From Candidatus Deferrimicrobiaceae bacterium (GTDB taxonomy: Bacteria > Desulfobacterota > Deferrimicrobia > Deferrimicrobiales > Deferrimicrobiaceae), in assembly GCA_963792415.1 (NCBI GenBank), contig CAWBVY010000001.1:320001-384000 (forward strand): DNA of 64,000 nt. Direction: 5' to 3'. Under the pieces are notes generated by a model. That model ran no database searches and had not been told where the DNA came from. It saw only the letters and a program-made list of their open reading frames with translations. Below, in pieces: positions 53,629 through 62,911 of the stretch (position 1 is the stretch's first letter; each line of letters starts with the position of its first letter). The translations under genes and the position numbers were made by a program.

Positions 53629-53747
53629 TAGAGATTAAATCGTTTTCATTTCCGACCTCTCAACGGAAATGAAAATAATAAAACTACTCTGCGCTCTCTG
53701 CGCCTCGAGCGAAGCGGGCGGTGAAACATTTAAAAAAGGACAACCCT

Positions 53748-54960
53748 ATGCCCGAATCTCCCAAAATTATCCCCGTTGCCCGCCCCTGGCTCGACGAACG
53801 CGAAGCCGAAGCCGCCAAGCGCCCCATCATGAGCGGCTGGGTCACCCAGGGGCCCGAGGTGGCGGCCTTTGAAAAGGAGTTTGCCGACTACGTCGGGGCG
53901 AAGCATGCCTGCGCGGTGTCGAGTTGCACCACGGCCCTTCATCTGGCGCTTTTGGCCGTCGGCGTGAAACCCGGCGACGAGGTGATCACCGTCAGCCATT
54001 CCTTTATCGCCACGGCCAACAGCGTCGTGTATTGCGGCGCCAAGCCGGTTTTTGTGGATATCCAGCCGGAGACCTTCAACATCGACCCCAACCTTATCGA
54101 AAAGGTCATCACAGCCAAGACGCGCGCCATCCTGTGTGTGCACCAGATGGGGATGCCCTGCGATTTGGCGGCGATCACGGATCTTGCCAAAAAGAAGGGT
54201 CTGCCGGTCGTTGAAGATGCTGCCTGTGCCATCGGCAGCGAAATTCTGTGGAACGGGAATTGGGAAAAAATCGGAAAGCCGCAGGGCGATGCGGCCTGTT
54301 TTTCGTTTCATCCCCGCAAGGTCATCACGACCGGCGACGGCGGCATGATCACAACCGACAACGCGGAATGGGACAAGTTGTTTCGCCTCTTGCGGGTCCA
54401 CGGCATGAGCATGGACAGCTCGGCCAGGCATCGAGCCGGAAGCGTCGCGTTTGAATCCTATCTGGATCTCGGATATAATTACCGCATGACCGACATTCAG
54501 GCCGCCATCGGCCGCGAGCAGCTCAAACGCCTGCCGGAAATCGTTGCTCAGCGCCGGAAACTTGGGGATCGATACCGAAAACTCCTTGCCGACATTCCAG
54601 GGGTAATCCCTCCCTCAGAGCCCACATGGGCGCGGAGCAACTGGCAGAGCTACTGTGTGCGACTTACCGGAAGGGTGCGACCAGGTCAAGGTCATGCAGG
54701 AAATGCTCGAGGCCGGGGTTTCGACAAGACGCGGCATCATGTGCTCTCACCGGGAACCGGCCTACGCCAACGAACAGCCGTGGTCGTGCGGCAACGGACC
54801 CGGCGATTGCGGCTGCCCGCCCGGTAGCTGTAAAAACTTACCGGAAAGCGAGAACGCCCAGGATCACAGTATCTTACTGCCGCTCTATCATCAAATGACC
54901 GAGGAAGACCAGGACCGTGTGGTCGAGGCTCTCAAATCCGCTTGCAGTGCTAAGAAATGA
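53748..54960 (+). CDS. DegT/DnrJ aminotransferase, frameshift near 54665
   Basis: SSCTTALHL, VEDAACA, SFHPRKVITTGDGG, GYNYRMTD. Confidence 0.92.
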
Positions 54961-55427
54961 ATTCACCACCCGCTTCGCTCGAGACGCAGAGTGCGCAGAG
55001 AAAAGAATATTCATTTTCCTTTGCCGTTGAGAGGACGGCAAAGGAAAAAATCGTCTTTGCTGCAGGTTTAAGGTACTTTTGTTAATCGTTATTTAAGACA
55101 GCTTTTTTAATATCGAAGTCGTTCAAAGCAGTATAATCAGTGTTGCCACTGTCTATCAGATTACAAAGATAAATTTTTAGAGGTTCATTGCCACTAACCC
55201 CAGTACCATCTGCCAGAGCTACCCCAGAGGAATAGGCTACACATTCCACGGGGCAGGCGCGGCAGGGAGGATGGCAATCATAAAGAATAATCTGCTTTAA
55301 ACACGAGCACAACTTGACATGAAATATGTGATGCATGAGCTGTTTCACAACACCACTTGTAACAACCAAATAATATGTGTATTTTGTATTGGATAGGGAC
55401 AACAGTACGTTTTTAAAGGAGGTAATA

Positions 55428-55722
55428 ATGGCAGAGATAATATTGAAAACAAATAAGCCGGAAAAGGCTGCCGATATTTTGAGGGAAGCATTGGAAAAAG
55501 AAGCTTCGCGATTAAAATATAGTTTAAATCTCGCAAAAAAACGGCTTAAGAGATATGAAATAAAATACAATATTTCATCGGACAAAGTTCATTAAAGAAT
55601 GGAGCGCTGAAGACTTGAAAGGGAAGGATTTGGAATATGTGGAATGGGCCGGAGAATATCAATTATATTCAAGCTTAAATGAGCGTTTGAAAGTCTTGCA
55701 AAGTATAGAAAATGTCGCTTAA
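55428..55722 (+). CDS. Antitoxin-like protein (DUF6516 partner type), frameshift near 55588
   Basis: RYEIKYNISSD...DLEYVEWAGEY; RBS aaggagg; overlaps a truncated ORF starting MSLNKYL. Confidence 0.55.
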
Positions 55723-55867
55723 TAAGTACCTGAAGCAGTTCCGGCAAGCTGTTGGAAAGTTTGAAAGTTATGGATATGCAGAATCAGTAGAGATTAGAGA
55801 AGAAATACGGCCAAACAAACAAGCGGTTGTCAAAGCAAAAATCGTCCTCATTGATAGGAGATAAGAA

Positions 55868-56071
55868 ATGGAAACAATAGACAAAAAATTCATTGTCGAT
55901 GAGGACAATAAAAAAATAGCAGTACAAATTCCCATTGAAACCTTCGAAAAAATTGAAAAAGTTTTGGAGAATTATGCTCTATTCCAATTGATTAAAGAAA
56001 ATGAAGGTGAAGAAATTTTTGGACTGACAGAGGCAAAGGCATATTATGATCGGCTGGAAAAGACACAATGA
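55868..56071 (+). CDS. Small antitoxin-like protein
   Basis: KFIVDEDNKKIAVQIPIETFEKI; similar type to 36819; partner truncated after an ATGA overlap. Confidence 0.6.
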   Translation: METIDKKFIVDEDNKKIAVQIPIETFEKIEKVLENYALFQLIKENEGEEIFGLTEAKAYYDRLEKTQ

Positions 56072-56346
56072 AAATCGCTATTTCCCTTAACTCGAAAGAT
56101 TATAGTGGCCTAAATTTCCTTAAAAAAATCGTGACTATTTGTTTTGTTCGGAAGTTCCAAAAATAGCTTCGGGGCCTGCCCTGCTTGCCCTGTTAAATCA
56201 TTCCCATTTAACCGGGGTAGCTCCGGAAGACGGTACCAGGGCCTGCCCCGTAGCTCCAGAAGATGGTACTGGGGTCAACAACAAAGGAAAAAAGAAACAA
56301 AGCACTCTGTGCCCTCAGCCTGCCCAGTTAAATTGCCGGAAAATCA

Positions 56347-56636
56347 ATGTATTATACTTACGTTTTATTGAGCAAGTTGGATAGAGCCCTTTATGTAGGA
56401 TTCACTAATGATTTAAAGAAAAGACTTTTAGAACACAAAAAAGCTTGGTCCCCTCGACTAAACCAAGACGACCCCTAATGCTTATTTATTATGAAGCATG
56501 TTTAAATAGAAATGATGCTGTTAAAAGAGAAAAGTATTTTAAGACTGGTTATGGAAGACGTTTCCTTAACGGTCGATTGGAAAATTACTTAAAGAGTATT
56601 GGTAAATCAGGCACGCGACCAGACGGTTTCGTTTAA
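56347..56636 (+). CDS. Small GIY-YIG nuclease, frameshifted
   Basis: YYTYVLLS...LYVGFTNDLKKRL.EH...TKPRRP..LIYYEA...A.KREKYFK. Confidence 0.8.
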
Positions 56637-57037
56637 GCTTAAAAGAATATCTAGTAGTACATAGATAGGTTTTTAAGACAAAGGTTATAATAAACACAAA
56701 ACTCTGTATTCTCTGCCCCCCGCCTGCCTCGCCTGAGCCCGCCTGCCTCGTAAGCTTTGCGGGCAGGTCCGCCCTCCTGCCAAGCAGAGTGAGGTGGACG
56801 GGTCTGAGGTAAAAAATCTAAACGGAGAATCTGCGAACAGTTGACCTCCGGCAAACATAAATTGATTCCGCTTCGATAGTGGTCCTTGGATTACATTAGG
56901 GAAACTGAAATAATTTTGCTTATGTGCCTGCTATAAGCGTCGATGACAGTGTAATTTTTCTTTGTCGTCAACTCAAAGACAAAGAAAAAAGTCAAAACTC
57001 TCTGCTTTCTCTGTGCCTCTGTGGTGAAATTATTATT

Positions 57038-57200
57038 ATGACTTCAACTTCCCAAAACACCACCATCACAACTCTCTTGGCAGAAGAAATACCACCAACG
57101 GATGAGAAATCCCCTGCTGAAAAAGACACTTACGGCCAGATACTAAAGTCCTCAGCCTTGGTTGGCTGCTCTTCGGTACTGAATATCGGATTCGATATTC
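57038..57200 (+). pseudogene. Diverged 5' fragment of the O-antigen translocase
   Basis: MTSTSQNTTITT...TYGQILKSSAL matches the N-terminus at 60068. Confidence 0.85.
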
Positions 57201-57281
57201 TTGCGCGAAGGTTTTTACCATGTCTCATTTAGAACCGTAAATGAATCGGAACGATATGACTATGAGTGAAAGGAAAAAGTA

Positions 57282-58286
57282 ATGGAAACATGTTTAGTGA
57301 CAGGTGGTGCAGGATTTATAGGTTCGCATGTAGCTAAAAATCTAATCGATAGCGGATATAAAGTCATCGTATTAGATGATTTGAGTGGCGGATTTATGGA
57401 AAATGTGCCATCAAAAGCAGAATTTATTGAGGGAACAATAACTGATAGGAATTTAATTAATGAAATCGTAAAAAATCAAAAAATTGATTATATTTTTCAC
57501 CTCGCGGCATACGCTGCTGAGGGCTTAAGCCATTTTATAAAAAAATTTAACTATGAGAACAATTTAATAGGCTCCATTAACCTCATTAATGCAGCTGTAA
57601 ATTACAATGTCAGATGTTTTGTTTTTACATCGTCAATAGCAGTGTACGGTACTGCGCAATTACCAATGACAGAAGACATGACGCCAAAACCGGAAGATTC
57701 GTATGGAATAGCCAAATATGCAGTCGAATTAGAGCTAAAAGAAACACATGAAATGTTTGGTTTAAATTACATCATTTTTAGACCTCATAATGTTTATGGA
57801 GAGCATCAAAATATTGGAGACAGATATAGGAATGTAATTGGAATTTTCATGAACCAATTAATGAATCATAAAAATATGACAATATTTGGGGATGGGCAAC
57901 AAACAAGAGCCTTTACCTACATAGATGATGTCGCGCCAGTGATAGCAAAATCAATAGAAGTAAAGAATTCTTACAATGAAGTTTTTAACATAGGAGCTGA
58001 TAAAGCATACACTGTCAATGAACTTGCCAAAATTGTCGCAAAAAAGTTTAAGAATGAGTTTAATATAGATTATTTAGAACCAAGAAAAGAAGTCGTTCAC
58101 GCATTTTCAGATCATAAAAAATTAGAAAATATATTTGGAAACAATCCTAAAATACGGTTAGAAGAAGGTATTGAAAAAATGGCAAAATGGGCATTAAAAG
58201 TTGGGCCTAGGAAAAGCCAAAAATTTGGTAGCATTGAAATACTAAAAAATATGCCTGATAGCTGGAGGAAAGAGTTTAGCGATTAA
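57282..58286 (+). CDS. NAD-dependent epimerase/dehydratase (AT-rich)
   Basis: [24 protein letters not shown]. Confidence 0.92.
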   Translation: METCLVTGGAGFIGSHVAKNLIDSGYKVIVLDDLSGGFMENVPSKAEFIEGTITDRNLINEIVKNQKIDYIFHLAAYAAEGLSHFIKKFNYENNLIGSINLINAAVNYNVRCFVFTSSIAVYGTAQLPMTEDMTPKPEDSYGIAKYAVELELKETHEMFGLNYIIFRPHNVYGEHQNIGDRYRNVIGIFMNQLMNHKNMTIFGDGQQTRAFTYIDDVAPVIAKSIEVKNSYNEVFNIGADKAYTVNELAKIVAKKFKNEFNIDYLEPRKEVVHAFSDHKKLENIFGNNPKIRLEEGIEKMAKWALKVGPRKSQKFGSIEILKNMPDSWRKEFSD

Positions 58287-58343
58287 ATACAAACTATTAC
58301 AATAAGTTTAAGCTCCATACACATAACATATAGAGGGTCATCT

Positions 58344-59296
58344 ATGAAAAAACCCTTAATGCTGACAATATCGATCGTAAATACAAATAATAGAGACTTG
58401 TTAAGGAACTGTTTAATATCCATATATGAAACCGTAAAGAGATACAGGTACGAAATAATATTGGTCGATAATTGCTCGAAAGACGGTAGCGTTGAGATGG
58501 TAATGAAAAATTTTAAAGATGTCATTATCATTCAAAATAAAGGTACAATGGGATACGGATTCTGTCATAATCGTGCAATTAAAATAGCAAGAGGTAAATA
58601 TGTTTTAATTTTTAATGAGGATATGATTGTCAAAAAAAATGCCATTGATTTAATGATTGAGAGGATTGAAAAAGATGAAACAATAGGCGTATTAGGTTGT
58701 AAACTTTTAAACCCTGATGGAAGTATACAATACTCTAGCTGCTCAAACTTTCCAAGTATAAAGCAACATATTGTTGATACATTCATACCGACGAATAGTG
58801 GCTTTAAAAATAATAAAAATAGAAGATTTTTATATTTTTTTGACTATAAAACTGAGAAGGATGTTAACATAATACAAGGTAGTTGCATGTTAATACCAAA
58901 AAAAGTTTTAGATGATGTAGGAATATTTGATACGCAGTTTTTCGTTTATTCTGAAGAAGACGATCTTTGCAAAAGAATAAAGAACGGTGGCTATAAAATT
59001 ATTATTATATCCTGATGCTGAGATCATACATATTGGCGGACAAACATCAAAAAAAATGTCACTGAAGGATGGCGTTGATAATGATAGAGAGTAAAATAAA
59101 ATATTATCAAAAACATCACAGCAGGATAGAATTGACAATGTTTAAAATGATATATTTCTGTGGAAGTACTTTTAGATTAATTGGCTGGAGTGCAGCAGCC
59201 CTCACGAAAGCATACGACAAAAAATACTGTAAAGAAAACATTATTTTGAATCTCAAATCTTTAGAGTTAATAAGTAAAAAATTATTAGAAATTTAA
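58344..59296 (+). CDS. Glycosyltransferase family 2 (AT-rich), frameshifted
   Basis: ILVDNCSKDGS, GSCML, FFVYSEEDDLCKR, IHIGGQT. Confidence 0.88.
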
Positions 59297-59450
59297 TAAA
59301 AAGTAAAGATAGAATATCAAACCACAATTAACAACAAACTTTCCGCGTTCACTATCATGTAGACTTATTCCAGCTGAGTTTAAGGTTTTAAAGGAATCAC
59401 TGCAGGGACGATGAAGACGCAAAGAGTTTTTGTTATAATAATTTTCGCTG

Positions 59451-60054
59451 AAACCCGCCTTCCTCGCCTGAACCCGTCTGCTTCGCAAGCATTGCGGGCA
59501 GGCGAGAGCTATGGCGGGCAGGGGGCGGAGAGATGATTAAATTTTTTCATTGTCGGTGAGGGGCCGACAATGAAAAAGGCATCCGCCTTTTCTGATTTAC
59601 ATTCTTATTGAATCGTAGTCGATAATTTTGCGTTTGATCCATTACTCATCAATTGGGCGTTAAAAGATGGAAGACAGCATAGTAAGGAATCGCAAATGAA
59701 TTGCCAGAGTGACCAAATAAACTTGTAGAGGTTTCCCTTATTCATTCCCGGTAGTCCCTGTCCAGTTGAATGCAAGCATATTCACTGGGATCACGGGAAT
59801 GAATAAATAAATAATATTCTCCTGTGCCCTCCGCGCTTCGAGCGAAGCGGGCGGTGAATAGCAAATTGGATTTACTGTTGAATTTCATACCTGTACCATG
59901 AAACAAGGTATCTCCAGAGAAGAAAGTGTATTACCTGTGTGACCATATAAAACCTGCGGAGATTATCCATATTCATTTTCGTCCTCTCAACGAAAATGAA
60001 TATAAAAATATTACTCTCTGCGTCCTCCGCGTCTCGAGCGCAGCGGGTGGTGAA
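59451..60054. mobile_element. Family 1 copy followed by a GxxExxY remnant and a second hairpin/right end
   Basis: Hairpins at ~59541, 59738, 59969; right ends at 59858 and 60054. Confidence 0.6.
59865..59920 (+). pseudogene. GxxExxY C-terminal remnant
   Basis: ttactgttgaatttca identical to ~53545; reads LLLNF...MKQGISR. Confidence 0.6.
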
Positions 60055-60067
60055 TAAAAAATAAGAA

Positions 60068-61662
60068 ATGTCATCTACGCCTCAAAATTCCACCATCACA
60101 ACTCCCTTGACAGACGAAATACCCCAACCTGAGCAGGAAGCCCCTGCCGAGAAAAACACCTACGGCCAGATACTGAAATCCTCGGCCCTGATCGGCGGAT
60201 CACAGGTGCTGAACATCGGCATCGGGATCGTTCGCACCAAGGTCTTTGCTGTGTTGCTCGGTCCGGCCGGCTTCGGATTGATGGGCTTGTACAGTTCAAT
60301 TGTCGACCTTGCTCAGAGCATTGCCGGTATGGGCGTCAACAGCAGCGGTGTACGCCAGATCGCCGAATCTGTGGGCACGGGAGATGAAGAGCGGATTGCT
60401 CGAACAGTTGTCGTACTGAGAAAAACATCGATTGTATTGGGATTATTGGGCGCAATTTTTCTCGTCATATTTTCAAAACAGGTTTCAAACATAACATTCG
60501 GCAGTTATCAACACACTAGGTGCCGTTGCGGTGCTGTCGCTCGCTGTATTTTTCCGTATATTATCTGCAAACCAAGGGCGCCTTGATTCAAGGAATGCGG
60601 CGCATCGGCGATCTCGCCCGAATGGGTGTATTGAGTGCGTTCTTCGGTACAATTATCGGTATCCCCTTCGTGTATTTTTTTCGCGAAAAGGGAGTGGCAC
60701 CGGCCTTGGTGGGCCTTGCTGCCATGATGTTGTTTTTCTCATGGTGGTACAGCCGAAATGTAAAAGTTCAATCACCGGCAATGACCGTCTCCCAACTCCG
60801 ACAGTGAAACCGGATCTCTGTTAAAACTTGGCTTCGTTTTCATGGCCAGCGGGTTTCTGATGATGGGCGCCGCCTACGCAGTCCGTATTATAATAACCCG
60901 AAAAGTTGGTCTTGATGCAGCCGGATTCTACCAATCTGCCTGGACGCTGGGTGGATTATATGTGGGCTTTATTCTCCAAGCCATGGGAGCGGACTTCTAT
61001 CCTCGTCTTACCGGCGTGTTGCAAGGATAATAATGAATGCAACGCGGTTGGTAAACGAGCAGACGCTGATCAGCCTTTTATTGGCAGGACCGGGTGTGAT
61101 AGCCACACTTACTTTCGCTCCTTTAGTGATTGCAGTTGTTTTACAGTGCCAAGTTCTTGGCAGCGGTTGACATTTTGCGCTGGATTTGTCTCGGCATGGC
61201 TCTCCGAGTGATTACTTGGCCAATGGGTTATATCATTATTGCAAAAGGTGAGAAAAAACTATTTTTTTTCACAGAACTGGCCTGGACAGTCGTCAATGTT
61301 GGACTCTCGTGGATATGTGTGAAATATTTCGGATTGAATGGTGCCGGAATTGCGTTTTTTGGATCGTACGTCTTTCATGGATTATGATTTATCCGATTGT
61401 AAGACGGCTTAGCGGTTTTAGTTGGTCCAACACTAATAAACGTACAGGCCTGCTTTTTCTCGCCATAATTGCAATTGTTTTTTGCGGGGTTTATTTGTTA
61501 CCGTTCTTTTTGTCGACAGTAATTGGGGTATCAGCAATGGTTTTTATTGGTGTTTACTCTATTCGGATGATAATTAATTTAATCCCTTTAGAACGGATTC
61601 CACTCCCAATACAAAGTTTTCTGATGAGATTTAGTAACTTAAAATCTGGTTTTAAAAAGTGA
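60068..61662 (+). CDS. wzx: O-antigen translocase/flippase (Wzx), frameshifted
   Basis: YGQILKSSALIGG, LGPAGFG, GFYQSAW, MGADFYPRL; multi-TM. Confidence 0.85.
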
Positions 61663-61713
61663 AGTAAAAAAAGTAATATGAAAGAGCGTGTTATTTTTTA
61701 GCAGCATCAGGTA

Positions 61714-61760
61714 TTATAGTCACTTTACCAACCACCTTGAAGGTGGTAAGGTGACTATAA
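61714..61760. repeat. REP-like imperfect palindrome
   Basis: ttatagtcac...accacc-ttgaa-ggtggt...gtgactataa. Confidence 0.6.
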
Positions 61761-62011
61761 ATAAGGGTGTAGCTCTTTTGTGACGACCTAAAAACCGCTT
61801 AAAAACGGTCAGTTATACAATTTATTGAGTCAATCATATGCCTGGTTATTCCGAGATAGCATTCGGCTAAATTGATAGGTCTGCATTTTTTACCAGTTTG
61901 AAAGCGAGAGTGGTTAGGGGGCAGCCGTGATAAATATTTCCGGCCGCGCGCATTTTTTGCTGGACAAGACGCCATTGTTCTGCTACGTGATAATAGAGAA
62001 AGGACAATGGC

Positions 62012-62905
62012 ATGCAAACAGCAACAGATCAACAGAGGTTCTGTGGTCGGGAATTTACCGCAGAAGAGGTGTCGCTGATCCAAGAGGTTGTCGAGACCTG
62101 TGCAGGGATCAGCCGGCTGGAGCTGGCCCACACGGTATGCGAACTGCTTGGAGTGGAAGCGCCCCGGCGGCGGACTCAAGGCGCGGGAGTGCCGGGATCT
62201 TCTGGAGCGTCTGGAGAGCCAGGGGGTTTTGAGGCTTCCGGACAAAAAGTCGTGTGGATCGAGCAAACCCAGAAAGTGTATTGCGCCCGCTGAAAAGGGG
62301 CAGGTTCATAGCGAGCTTACCGGCAGTGTGGAGGAATTTGCCCCCCTGGATGTAGAGCTGGTAGAAAGCCGGCAGCAGCGGCAGCTGTTTCAAGAACTTT
62401 TGAGCCGTTACCACTATCTGGGCTACGCGATGCCCTACGGTGCGCGGCTGCAGTATCTGGTCTACGTCAGACGACCCCGGCGCGAAGTGGTCGGGTGCGT
62501 GCAGTTTTCGAGCCCTGCCTGGCGGATGAAGGTTCGAGATCAATGGATCGGCTGGGACGATGCGACCCGCAAGCTGCGACTGCAGCACATCGTCAATAAC
62601 AGCCGTCTTCTGGTGGTGGCGCGCATCCGCAACCTGGCCAGCATGACGCTGTCTGGTGCTCTTAAGCGGCTGCGCGCCGACTGGCAGCAGCAATATGGGG
62701 TGGCTCTTGGCTGGTGGAGACACTGGTGGACCGTCAGCGGTTTTACGGGGGGTGTTATCGTGCGGCCAACTGGATGGTTCTGGGAGAAACCAGCGGCCGT
62801 GGACGTATGGACCGGACCCACCAGCGTCACGGAGCCCAGGTAAAAACCGTATTGGTTTATCCGCTGGTCAAAAATGCCAGGCGCAGGCTCACAGGTGGAG
62901 AGTAA
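62012..62905 (+). CDS. DUF4338 (DruA-like) protein, frameshifted
   Basis: RFCGREF, YHYLGY, RDQWIGW, VNNSR, NLAS, ETLVD, CYRAANW..LGETSGRGR. Confidence 0.85.
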
Positions 62906-62911
62906 CAGGCG

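Larger units (their letters stand above)
54962..57028. mobile_element. Family 1 element ends bracketing TA and GIY-YIG cargo (end pairing inferred)
   Basis: Left end plus hairpin 54962-55048; hairpin plus right end ~56954-57028. Confidence 0.5.

Noticed and set aside
29557-60054. CRISPR array
   Set aside because: Repeats are inverted, degenerate and irregularly spaced; no constant-length spacers and no cas genes
27826-62905. Programmed frameshifting or mass pseudogenisation
   Set aside because: Single-base indels occur in most long genes without shared slippery motifs; uncorrected read errors are more likely
62012-62905. Complete Druantia defence system
   Set aside because: No DruE helicase or other dru genes; context is an IS
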